Assembly (NCBI GenBank): GCA_050008535.1
Contig: JBEKML010000001.1
Coordinates: 455,050 to 519,049, forward strand
Origin: Minisyncoccia bacterium
GTDB lineage: Bacteria; Patescibacteriota; Minisyncoccia; UBA6257; 2-01-FULL-56-20
Reading direction: 5' to 3'
DNA length: 64,000 nucleotides
This document shows positions 16,172 to 25,320 of the stretch, piece after piece (positions within the stretch are counted from its first letter, which is position 1; the number at the start of each line of letters is the position of its first letter). The notes under the pieces were generated by a model. That model had not been told where the DNA came from and searched no databases. It saw nothing but the letters and a program-made list of their open reading frames with translations. Position numbers and translations under genes: made by a program.

Positions 16172-18823
16172 ATGTTGGATTCTCTAAAGAAATTTTTCCA
16201 TAGGCGGTCGTTCCAATCGCTTGAATTGAGGGTTCAGGAGATCAACGCGCTTGAACCGGAAGTTCAAAAACTTACCGATGAAGAATTAAGGGCGGAAAGT
16301 TTGAAGCTGAAGGAACGGGTGGCGGTAGCGGCGGCCGAACACGAAACCGAGCGCGAGTCGGATATCGCGGGCGGAGCGGTACTTGAGGAAATCCTTCCGC
16401 GTGCGTTCGCGCTCGCGCGCGAGGCGGCGAAACGGACGCTCAACCAGCGTCCGTTTGATGTGCAATTGCTCGGCGGGCTCGTGCTCCATAAGGGCGCGGT
16501 GGCGGAGATGATGACGGGGGAGGGGAAAACGCTTGCGGCCGTGGCGCCCGCTTACCTGAACGCGCTTGCGGGGAAGGGCGCGCACATCGTTACCGTGAAC
16601 GAATATCTCGCCCGCCGCGACGCGGTGTGGATGGGGCAGATATACCGGGCGCTCGGGCTTTCCGTTGCGTGCTTGGTTCCGAACGCAGCATTCCTTTACG
16701 ATCCCGAATGGAAAGTGCCTGCCGATACGGAAAAAATGATAGATAAAGAGCGCGATATGACTGGCAGCTTTTTGGTGCAGCAGGACTTTTTGCGTCCGAT
16801 AGCGCGGCACGAGGCGTATCTTGCGGATGTTACGTATGGCACGAACCATGAGTTCGGTTTTGATTTTTTGCGCGATAATCTGGTGTACCGCTTGGAAGAT
16901 CGTGTCCAGCGCGAACATTATTTTGCGATCATAGATGAAGTGGACAGCATTTTAATAGACGAAGCGCGGACGCCCTTGATCATTGCGGCGCCGGATTCGC
17001 AATCAAGCGACGCATACAAAACGTTTGCCCGAGTCGCCGCGCTTCTTGAGAAAGATAAGGACTACGAAGTGGACGAAAAGCGGAAGTCCGTTGCGATCCT
17101 GGATGCGGGCGTGGAAAAGGTGGAAAAAGTGCTCGGCATCCAGAATGTGTATGCGCCGGAAAACATCCGCCTTGTGCATTATTTGGAGGAAAGCTTGAAG
17201 GCGAAGGCGCTCTTTCATCGCGACCGCGACTATGTGGTGAAAAACGGCGAAGTGATCATTGTGGACGAGTTCACCGGGCGCATGTTGATCGGCCGGCGCT
17301 ACCAGGCGGGGCTGCATCAGGCGATAGAAGCAAAGGAGGGCGTGAACGTAAAAGAAGAATCGCGGACGTACGCGAAGATCTCCATCCAGAACTATTTCCG
17401 CATGTACGAAAAAATTTCCGGCATGACGGGAACCGCGCAGACCTCCGCCGAGGAGTTTTTCAAGGTGTACAAACTTGAAGTGATGAGCATCCCGCCGAAC
17501 CGGCCGCTCGTGCGGCGCGACATGAACGATCTCATCTACAAGAACTTCGGAGCGAAAATCGACGCGATAGTGCGCGAGGTAGGGGAACGGCAAAAGAAAG
17601 GCCAGCCGGTCCTTATCGGGACGACTTCCATCGCAAAAAACGAGATCCTCTCCTCTGCGCTTTCCAAAGCTGGTATCCCGCACGAAGTACTGAACGCGAA
17701 GAACAATGAGCGCGAAGGCGCGATCATCGCACAAGCGGGTCGGGTGGGGGCGGTGACGGTCGCGACGAACGTCGCCGGCCGCGGCGTAGACATCATCTTT
17801 GGCGGCAACCCGCCGAAGCCTACGGACGAGACAAAGGTGCGCGAGCTCGGCGGTCTGCACGTGGTGGGCACCGAGCGGCACGAGGCGCGGCGCATCGACA
17901 ATCAGCTCCGCGGACGCGCGGGGCGGCAGGGCGATCCGGGTTCCTCACAATTTTTCCTTTCCGCCGAGGACGACCTTCTGCGCATCTTCGGCGGCGAGCG
18001 GCTGGGCAATATGATGAAGCGGCTTGACCTTCCGGATGACCAGCCGATCGAATTCAAATTTGTGACGAAGGCCGTGGCGCAGGCGCAGGAAAAAGTGGAG
18101 GGCGCGAATTTTGATCTTCGGAAACATCTGCTGGAATATGACGACGTATTGAACAAACAGCGCGCGGCGGTCTATAGGCGCCGGTCGGAATTTTTGGGTT
18201 TGATGAACAAAGAGGAGGTTGCAAAAACGATCGCGGATGCCGCCCTCGCGCATTTCGAAATGGCGCTTGCGCCGGCATTCGAGGAACCAGGTTCAAAAGA
18301 GCGGCGCGAAGAGATGGCAAGAGTATTTAAAGAAGCGCAGCTTATCCCGAACGGCGCCGCCGGCGACATTGTGTTTGAAAATTTGAAGACCGCCGAAGAT
18401 GCCCGGACGTTTATAGAAGAACGATCCGCACGCGTGGCGGAGAACCAGCTTGCAAAGGGGCAGCTCTTGGGCATTTTGGACATGCTTTGGATGACGAATC
18501 TTGAGGATCTTGAGGCGCTTTCCGAATCCGTCGGCCTCCGCGCGTACGGCCAGCGCGACCCGCTCGTGGAATACCGCCACGAAGCAAGCCATCTTTTTAA
18601 AGATTTCTGGCGCAATTTCAATGGGATGGTTTTTGTGAATGTGTTCAAATTGATCAATACGGCGGGGCAACCGGCTGCGGGACGATCGGCGGCAAGCGGC
18701 GCCGCCAATCAAAACCGGGTGGTCTTGCAATCTTCCGGCGGCGCACACTCGGGAAAAATCGGCAGGAACGACCCATGTCCTTGCGGTAGCGGCAAGAAAT
18801 ATAAGCGCTGTCATGGCGCTTGA
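16172..18823 (+). CDS. secA: Preprotein translocase ATPase SecA
   Basis: AEMMTGEGKTL, IIDEVDSILIDEARTPLII, QLRGRAGRQGDPG, SEC-C motif GRNDPCPCGSGKKYKRCHG. Confidence 0.99.
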   Translation: MLDSLKKFFHRRSFQSLELRVQEINALEPEVQKLTDEELRAESLKLKERVAVAAAEHETERESDIAGGAVLEEILPRAFALAREAAKRTLNQRPFDVQLLGGLVLHKGAVAEMMTGEGKTLAAVAPAYLNALAGKGAHIVTVNEYLARRDAVWMGQIYRALGLSVACLVPNAAFLYDPEWKVPADTEKMIDKERDMTGSFLVQQDFLRPIARHEAYLADVTYGTNHEFGFDFLRDNLVYRLEDRVQREHYFAIIDEVDSILIDEARTPLIIAAPDSQSSDAYKTFARVAALLEKDKDYEVDEKRKSVAILDAGVEKVEKVLGIQNVYAPENIRLVHYLEESLKAKALFHRDRDYVVKNGEVIIVDEFTGRMLIGRRYQAGLHQAIEAKEGVNVKEESRTYAKISIQNYFRMYEKISGMTGTAQTSAEEFFKVYKLEVMSIPPNRPLVRRDMNDLIYKNFGAKIDAIVREVGERQKKGQPVLIGTTSIAKNEILSSALSKAGIPHEVLNAKNNEREGAIIAQAGRVGAVTVATNVAGRGVDIIFGGNPPKPTDETKVRELGGLHVVGTERHEARRIDNQLRGRAGRQGDPGSSQFFLSAEDDLLRIFGGERLGNMMKRLDLPDDQPIEFKFVTKAVAQAQEKVEGANFDLRKHLLEYDDVLNKQRAAVYRRRSEFLGLMNKEEVAKTIADAALAHFEMALAPAFEEPGSKERREEMARVFKEAQLIPNGAAGDIVFENLKTAEDARTFIEERSARVAENQLAKGQLLGILDMLWMTNLEDLEALSESVGLRAYGQRDPLVEYRHEASHLFKDFWRNFNGMVFVNVFKLINTAGQPAAGRSAASGAANQNRVVLQSSGGAHSGKIGRNDPCPCGSGKKYKRCHGA

Positions 18824-18879
18824 AATTCCGTCGCTCGCCCATCACGAAAATAAATTTTCGCGTGGGCTCGCTAGGAATT
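18824..18879. repeat. Imperfect REP-like hairpin between two copies of the secA 3' end
   Basis: AATTCC...GGAATT ends, GCCCA/TGGGC and CGAAAAT/ATTTTCG stems. Confidence 0.7.
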
Positions 18880-18973
18880 ATAAAAAGTGCCACGGAGCGT
18901 AACATTGTTTTTGCGGCGAGGGCTTGACAAAAACCGAGGAACTGAGCTATTGTATGGGGAGGGAGGCACTCAC

Positions 18974-19759
18974 ATGAGAGCCATTAACAAGTTAAGGGCC
19001 GCGGTGCTTGCCGCGGTCGGTGCAGTTCTTCTCGTAACGGTTGCTACCGCGCACGCGCAGACGCTCACGGACCCCAAGACGGGTCTCCCGTGGTGCCACC
19101 AACCGGGCTATCTGCCGGTGCCATGGGGTCCCACGGTCGGCATGATTACCAGCCTTTCGAACCCCAATAACGGGGACCAGGCGGTGATTGAGCCTGGCGC
19201 GTGGGTGTTTGTCCGCGGCTTGCAGTTCAATTTCTTGCCGTCGCAGGTAGCGACGGCGGACGCGGGCAGCGGTCCTCTGCCAACCGTCCTCGGGGGGACG
19301 ACGATCCTTATCGACGGCTGTCCGGCGCGGATAGCTTTTATGGGCTTGGACTTCGGGAAGATGCCCTTCCCGTCCACGGCCCTGATCCAGGTCGGCCAAA
19401 CGGCTGGTAGGGACACAGCGGAGGTCAAATTGCAGATGACCTTGCCGGATGGCACGGCGTGTGTCACACCTTCGCGTTTCCAGCCGGCGACGGCGGCGAC
19501 ATCAGCGCCAACGCCCACGGCCAGCAATGCTACGCCTACGGCGCCACGGATGCGGGTGCCTCGGCTCATCAACCGAGGGGGTGGATTTTACACCCTTTAC
19601 GGCGTGGGCAACGAGGCCTCCATCGTGGAGGCTGACGGCGCGGTCGTCCAAGTGACTTTCGCGGACGAGCGCGAGATCACCTTTCAGACCTCGGACGGCG
19701 ATGGCGTTTCACGCCTCTCCGTCAACGGGAAGATGGTGGCACCGGCGGCCCAGAAGTAA
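18974..19759 (+). CDS. Secreted hypothetical protein with an IPT/TIGR03437-like segment
   Basis: GGAGG SD, signal peptide AHA|Q, PLPTVLGGTTILIDG motif; TTGACA promoter about 18924; terminator about 19809-19836. Confidence 0.7.
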   Translation: MRAINKLRAAVLAAVGAVLLVTVATAHAQTLTDPKTGLPWCHQPGYLPVPWGPTVGMITSLSNPNNGDQAVIEPGAWVFVRGLQFNFLPSQVATADAGSGPLPTVLGGTTILIDGCPARIAFMGLDFGKMPFPSTALIQVGQTAGRDTAEVKLQMTLPDGTACVTPSRFQPATAATSAPTPTASNATPTAPRMRVPRLINRGGGFYTLYGVGNEASIVEADGAVVQVTFADEREITFQTSDGDGVSRLSVNGKMVAPAAQK

Positions 19760-19866
19760 GCGGACCGATGGCGCGGCGCCCATCGCTTTCTCCGTACGTA
19801 ATCGAGTTCATGGGGCGGGAACCTTTCCTGCCCCATTTGCATATCAAAAAACAGCGACAAATCTCA

Positions 19867-21591
19867 TCAATAACAGCCCTGCGTCGATTGGTACCAATAA
19901 TTGCATGAATAACATTCCGTGACTACCTGGCCCATTGTCGCAGTATTCCAGATACCCCCGCACTGGCCACAACTGGGCGCCCCCGTTTGGCAACCGGGAG
20001 GCGCATAGTCCGTGCGCCATCCTCCGACCCGCGTTTGGCAAGCTCCGGGACAAGTATTATTGCAGGCAGAATCAGCAGCGGGCCCGCAGGAGCCAGTACC
20101 AGTATACTGTTGGAATTGGATGCTATCGCAGTTGTAATCATAACTACCGTCTCCTCTGTCGGTTGTATACCATTGACTTGCTCCTCCTGGATGCGCACTT
20201 GAGTTGTAATCGTAGCAATCAGTGTTATTGCTGACATACCCCGAAGGGAGAGAATAGCCCGAGCAGACCTGCTGGGCCGAACCGGCACCATAACCGTCGC
20301 CGTCGTTATCAACGTAGCCACTCAGGTTCTGCCACTTACCCCCATCGCTGTCGTTGCAATCCCATCCCAGCGCCTGGCTTGCATCAAGGTAAGCGTAGCC
20401 ACTGCTCCCGTCGTCATAATAAGTTCTTCCATTAAGCGAACCCGATGCACCGAGGCACGCACTTCCATTCCAAGAGCCGACCGCCCCATAGCCGTCGTGG
20501 TCGGCATCCGTAACCACGGTTTCGCTCGTGTACACATAATAATTATTGTCATTGCAATCAACGTTGCTGCGATACCCGTCGCCGTCATTATCCGGGAAAT
20601 TAGGCGTCACGGCATTGCTTGCCGCGGAAGCAGCACCGTTGCCGTTGGCGTTCGTCGCATAGACCTTGAAGGTATACGAGGTGCCGTTCGTAAGGCCGGA
20701 GACGGTGCAGGGGCTTGAAGCGCAGGTCCCGGTGATGTTGCCCGGCGTGGAGCTCGCGGTGTAGCCCGTGATCGGGGAACCGCCGTTCGAAGCGGGAGCC
20801 GTGAAAGCAACGGATGCGTTGCCGTTGCCGGCCGACGCCGTGCCAATCGTCGGCGCTCCGGGAACGGTGGAAGGCGTCACGGCATTGCTTGCTGCGGACA
20901 AAGGACCATTGCCGATGGCGTTCGTCGCATAGACCTTGAAGGTATACGAGGTGCCGTTCGTAAGGCCGGAGACAGTGCAAGGGCTTGAAGCGCAGGTCCC
21001 GGTGATGTTGCCCGGCGTGGAGCTCGCGGTGTAGCCCGTGATCGGGGAACCGCCGTCTGAAGCGGGAGCCGTGAAAGCAACGGATGCGCTGCCGTTTCCC
21101 TTTGTTGCCGTGCCGATCGTGGGTGCGCCGGGAATGGTCGCGCATGTATTAGTAAGGGAATAGGCACCGTCGTTGCAGTCCACGACCGTACGGGACAGCA
21201 TCAAATTCAATCTCCTGTAGCCTGCCCCGGGAGAAGTTGAGGACGCCACCACTGTGGTAGTCGACGGCCAGCCATCCCCGTCGGCATCAAGTATCCACAA
21301 GTAGGACTTTACCAATTTGCCGGTACCCACGAGGACAAGAGAGCCCGTCCCGTTGAGAACGAACGATGAACCAATGTCGAAAACAATGGTTTGGCCGGAA
21401 TTGATGGTCAAGGTTTGCCCGGTGGCTATCGTAATACCCCCATCAACTCCATCAACCGTACCGGGAAACGTACAACTCGCCGAAACGTTGGCCGTGCCGG
21501 AAACGGCACTGGGACAATTGGTGGCATGGGTTTTCGGCGCAAAACCGATCAAGCAGACGGCCGCAATGAGAACAAGAAGGATTTTTTTCAT
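19867..21591 (-). CDS. Secreted surface protein with 2 FN3 domains and DxDGDG/Cys (MopE-like) repeats
   Basis: Signal peptide; two PGAPTIGTA...GGSPITGY...GLTNGTSYTFKV units; DADGDG, DNDGDG, DCND motifs; Cys-rich tail. Confidence 0.85.
   Translation of the reverse strand: MKKILLVLIAAVCLIGFAPKTHATNCPSAVSGTANVSASCTFPGTVDGVDGGITIATGQTLTINSGQTIVFDIGSSFVLNGTGSLVLVGTGKLVKSYLWILDADGDGWPSTTTVVASSTSPGAGYRRLNLMLSRTVVDCNDGAYSLTNTCATIPGAPTIGTATKGNGSASVAFTAPASDGGSPITGYTASSTPGNITGTCASSPCTVSGLTNGTSYTFKVYATNAIGNGPLSAASNAVTPSTVPGAPTIGTASAGNGNASVAFTAPASNGGSPITGYTASSTPGNITGTCASSPCTVSGLTNGTSYTFKVYATNANGNGAASAASNAVTPNFPDNDGDGYRSNVDCNDNNYYVYTSETVVTDADHDGYGAVGSWNGSACLGASGSLNGRTYYDDGSSGYAYLDASQALGWDCNDSDGGKWQNLSGYVDNDGDGYGAGSAQQVCSGYSLPSGYVSNNTDCYDYNSSAHPGGASQWYTTDRGDGSYDYNCDSIQFQQYTGTGSCGPAADSACNNTCPGACQTRVGGWRTDYAPPGCQTGAPSCGQCGGIWNTATMGQVVTECYSCNYWYQSTQGCY
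20602..21135. repeat. Near-identical 270-bp tandem duplication encoding the two FN3 domains
   Basis: AGGCGTCACGGCATTGCTTGC at 20602 and 20872; long identical runs between copies. Confidence 0.9.
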
Positions 21592-22040
21592 TTGAGCGTT
21601 ATCTGTACCGAAGACGAATCCGCCCGATCCGCTGCATATATGATTATATCATATACGCTCTTATAAGTATCTGAGGCTGCCCAGGAACCCTTCCATAATC
21701 CCTGCGTAGCACTGCCTTCCGTCAGCGCGAGCGGATACGTGGTGCTTCCATTGTCCATGACCATCGTAACCAGCACAGAAGTAACGGGGACATTGTCCGA
21801 GACCTTGACGCTCATGGTCTGCGTGCCCCCCGATGCCGGATAAAAGGGGATCAAATATCCTTCCTGTAATTGCGGGCCAGTTAAGGTGTGGCTACTTATG
21901 GAAAATCTGTTATCGTCCCTCGGAAAAACCGTCGTGAGCGGCGGGAGTGGCTTATTGAATACGCCATGGAGCGCGAAAAATATCGAAAGCGTCACAACAA
22001 GGACCATCCCGACCGCCGCATAGAGATATTTTCTATTCAT
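21588..22040 (-). CDS. Membrane-anchored hypothetical protein (Ig-like)
   Basis: N-terminal TM, beta-rich body; 4-nt overlap with the downstream gene. Confidence 0.75.
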   Translation of the reverse strand: MNRKYLYAAVGMVLVVTLSIFFALHGVFNKPLPPLTTVFPRDDNRFSISSHTLTGPQLQEGYLIPFYPASGGTQTMSVKVSDNVPVTSVLVTMVMDNGSTTYPLALTEGSATQGLWKGSWAASDTYKSVYDIIIYAADRADSSSVQITLK

Positions 22041-22085
22041 GCCGATTATGAAACGGGCGACCTACGGTGTCGCCTAGAAAAAACA

Positions 22086-22649
22086 TTATTTCGTGATGAT
22101 CCGAACTTTCGGCAATTTGCTCTGGAGCGCCCTTAAAGTGCTTGACGGTATAGGGTTTCCGGTCAACCCCAAAACCTTCAAACTTTTAAGGTTCACGATG
22201 CTCGGCGGGAGAGCGGTCAGTTGATCGTTGAAGAGCGAAAGCATCCACAGATTCGGCAGATTCCCAATCTCATCCGGCAAGCTCGTGAGCGGGTTGTTGC
22301 CCAGGTAAAGAACCTGGAGATTCTTCAAATTGCCAATCTCCGGGGGTAGATCGGTCAAGCTATTGTTTGCCAAATTGAGTAGGGTCAAATTCGACATTTC
22401 TAAAACGCTCGTTGGTAGCGCGGTCAATTTTTGTCCGCTCAGGTTCAAACGGAATACGCTTATGGGATTCGCGGCCGCCTGCGCGGTGCTCGTCACCTCA
22501 ATGCCCCTGTCCATGAGCGGCGCGGGTTGCGTTGCTGCGGCATTATTGCCCGACGCAGGATTATTCGGATGTCGTGCCACGTAATATATCGATCCAGCCG
22601 CGATAAGAATAATGGCAACCGCAACTATCCAGAAAAAGACCTTATTCAT
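22086..22649 (-). CDS. Membrane-anchored leucine-rich-repeat protein
   Basis: Repeated LxxLxLxNNxLTxLPxEIGNL units. Confidence 0.9.
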   Translation of the reverse strand: MNKVFFWIVAVAIILIAAGSIYYVARHPNNPASGNNAAATQPAPLMDRGIEVTSTAQAAANPISVFRLNLSGQKLTALPTSVLEMSNLTLLNLANNSLTDLPPEIGNLKNLQVLYLGNNPLTSLPDEIGNLPNLWMLSLFNDQLTALPPSIVNLKSLKVLGLTGNPIPSSTLRALQSKLPKVRIITK

Positions 22650-23688
22650 TTACGATGATCCCTGCCGGAGCATCGCTTGAACCGATATTGCTCCATTGGT
22701 TCGCGTCAAAGCGAGGCGCGGTCAGACGGTAGCTTACTTCAAGGGACGCCGCGGATGCGGAAGGTTTGGCGAAAAGCGTAACGGTTCCTTTCGCTGCATT
22801 TTTCACGTACCACACGTCGCCGTCAAAACTCGGCGTGAGTATTACCACAAGCCCGTTCAGATTATTTTTCAGGATCTGCGTTGTTTCTTTAAAGAGCCAC
22901 AGATCGCTTCCCTTTTCCGCTCCCGCAAGATCAAGCGTGTAGGAGTATGTTTGGTCCGTAGAGAAACTCGTTCCCGGAAAATCGGCGACGCCCGTTGTTT
23001 CTCCCTTCACGCCGGTCATTTCCACGCCGTAGGTAGCGAATTTATCGCCGTTGATCGTATAGACTGGGTCAACGGTACCAACGGTGATTTTTCCCGCGCC
23101 GCCGCCGATGACAACGGTATCCGCTCCTGCTGTGCCGAAGCGCGCCGTCGTCCCACCGCCGCTCACTACATCAAGCTTATATCCTGGCCCCGTCACCCCG
23201 ATGCCGACATTGCCACTAGCACCTAGAATATTCAATGCATTTAAAACATTTCCACCCCCATCTGGCACTTGAAATCTCAGAGTTTTTGCTCCCCAGCTCC
23301 CCGCCTCTCCCCCTACCCCAATGCCACCAATCCAACCTTGGTATCCGCTAGAAGTGTCATAAGCATAGAAACCCACCAACTCCGCCAACGTCGCAGCTTG
23401 AGTGTTCCCGATACCAACAGCGGGATTACCAAGCCCACCAGAAGTAAAGGTCATCGACGCGCCAGCCACCGATAATTTTTGTCCCGGCGTTGTCATCCCG
23501 ATGCCGACATTGCCGTTGCTTAGGACACTGACGGCTCCCGAACAATTCGGGGGCGTGCAGCCGTTCGGGGGGCCGTTAAAAGCACTGACATGCGTGGTCG
23601 TGGTGGTGGTAAGCACGTAGGCCGCAAAAGATAACACAAGAACCAGGGCAACGAGAACTATGATGCGCTTGGTATCCTTGATATCCAT
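22642..23688 (-). CDS. Surface protein with GNVGIG repeats
   Basis: N-terminal TM; GNVGIGMTTPGQKL and GNVGIGVTGPGYKL repeats; C-terminal VSYRLTAPRFD domain. Confidence 0.8.
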   Translation of the reverse strand: MDIKDTKRIIVLVALVLVLSFAAYVLTTTTTTHVSAFNGPPNGCTPPNCSGAVSVLSNGNVGIGMTTPGQKLSVAGASMTFTSGGLGNPAVGIGNTQAATLAELVGFYAYDTSSGYQGWIGGIGVGGEAGSWGAKTLRFQVPDGGGNVLNALNILGASGNVGIGVTGPGYKLDVVSGGGTTARFGTAGADTVVIGGGAGKITVGTVDPVYTINGDKFATYGVEMTGVKGETTGVADFPGTSFSTDQTYSYTLDLAGAEKGSDLWLFKETTQILKNNLNGLVVILTPSFDGDVWYVKNAAKGTVTLFAKPSASAASLEVSYRLTAPRFDANQWSNIGSSDAPAGIIVNE

Positions 23689-23758
23689 TAGCTTAAGTCT
23701 ATCAAATTATGGGGCAGGGGGGGCTGTGGATAGCTCGGTTGTTATATACTAAAGGCAA

Positions 23759-25141
23759 ATGCCCAAGGGACAAACACTTGTGGAGGTTCTCATTGCTGTC
23801 GCGTTGGGAGTCGTTTTGTTTACTGGGGCTGCAAACCTGATCATCCCAGCCATAAAAACAAACACTACGACAAATAGTGTCGTAACTGCGACAGCGCTAC
23901 AAAAGGAGCTTTTGGACAATGTCTCGGCATGGGCGGGAGGAAACTGGAATGGTATTCTTGCGCTCGCAACAACCTCCGCACATACCTATTACCTTGTAAC
24001 CACGCAATCGCCCTTTGTGGCCACAAGCGGCGCGGAATCCGTCACGGTGAATACAACCACGTTCGCCCGATATTTTTATGTGGACGATGTCATCCGCAAT
24101 TCAAGCGGTTACATCGCGACGAGCAGCGGCACCTACGATCCATCCACGAAAAAAGTTACGGTCGTCTGCAGTCGACCGCAAGGTACTCCCTTGACCGTTT
24201 CCGCCTACCTGACGCGGAACTACGAAAATGCTTATGATCAGACTGATTGGTCGGGGGGCGGAGGGTTGAACGGGCCGATCACTACGGTGGGGAACCAGTT
24301 TTCCACCTCTTCGAATATTAGCTTCACGAGCATTCCAGGGTCGCTTCTTCTGATTACGACAGGAGGAAGCGGCGCAATAAACTCGAGCAGTTATACTCAT
24401 TGGGCATGGAACGATCTCATTGGGTGGATTGACTTTTGGAACAACGGGAGCGGCACAACTGTCACCGGGCAGGGCCTCACGGGTTACGCGAGTTCCTCGG
24501 TGGGGCAGATCTCTCTCGATTGCCACACAACCAGCATCGGCAACATATGCTCCACAAGCACTTATCAGGTGGCGAACGACGGCTCCGGCCATCTTTCCGG
24601 CTGGGCCTGGAACGACAGCCTTGGCTGGATCGGCTTTAATAGTAGTTCCCCCGCCTACCAAGTTACCATTGATGCGAGCGGAGATTTTCAGGGCTATGCA
24701 TGGAACGATTTCGCAGGGTGGATCAGTTTCAACTGCGATAATACCACAAGCAGCGGCTGCGCAAGCTCCACCTATAAGACGCAAACGTTCTGGACTCCTT
24801 CGTCCACCATAACTGGCTACTTGGATTCCGCCACCTTTGACACCAACTCGGTGTCGGCGCAGCTCATTTCGGTCCTCTGGCAGGGCACCCAACCAACAAG
24901 CACAACGGTGAAGTTCCAATTCGCGGTGAGCAGTGTTTCAAGCGGCCCATGGACCACCTTTCTTGGCACGGATGGGACTTCGAACACCTATTATATTCCG
25001 CTCGGTCCCGGTGTCCCGCTTGCGCTTTCTTCCGCCTACACCAGCAACTTCCGCTATTTCCGCTACCGCATTTTCATCGTTGGCCCGAATAATGCCTCAA
25101 GCGCGCAGGTGGACAATATCGCTATAAGCTGGAACCCTTAG
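23759..25141 (+). CDS. Large type IV pilin-like protein
   Basis: Prepilin site KG|QTLVEVLIAVAL with E5; three (W/Y)AWND..GWI.F repeats; Ser/Thr-rich. Confidence 0.85.
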   Translation: MPKGQTLVEVLIAVALGVVLFTGAANLIIPAIKTNTTTNSVVTATALQKELLDNVSAWAGGNWNGILALATTSAHTYYLVTTQSPFVATSGAESVTVNTTTFARYFYVDDVIRNSSGYIATSSGTYDPSTKKVTVVCSRPQGTPLTVSAYLTRNYENAYDQTDWSGGGGLNGPITTVGNQFSTSSNISFTSIPGSLLLITTGGSGAINSSSYTHWAWNDLIGWIDFWNNGSGTTVTGQGLTGYASSSVGQISLDCHTTSIGNICSTSTYQVANDGSGHLSGWAWNDSLGWIGFNSSSPAYQVTIDASGDFQGYAWNDFAGWISFNCDNTTSSGCASSTYKTQTFWTPSSTITGYLDSATFDTNSVSAQLISVLWQGTQPTSTTVKFQFAVSSVSSGPWTTFLGTDGTSNTYYIPLGPGVPLALSSAYTSNFRYFRYRIFIVGPNNASSAQVDNIAISWNP

Positions 25142-25320
25142 GGCAGGACGGATTCGCAAAAGATTTTATCAACATAAAATTTTTTCTCCGCCTTGTGCAC
25201 AGAAATCTGTTGCAGTGAAAAAATAATTCTGTTATATTTTTAATACACGATCGGTAGTGAAGTATTATGAACAACAGGGTTGCCGTCACGAACGACATTG
25301 CGAACCGAAAAGAAGAAAAT

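Noticed and set aside
20602-21135. FN3, IPT or NHL repeat pairs as DGR template/variable repeats
   Set aside because: In-frame domain duplications; differences are not restricted to adenines and no reverse transcriptase is present
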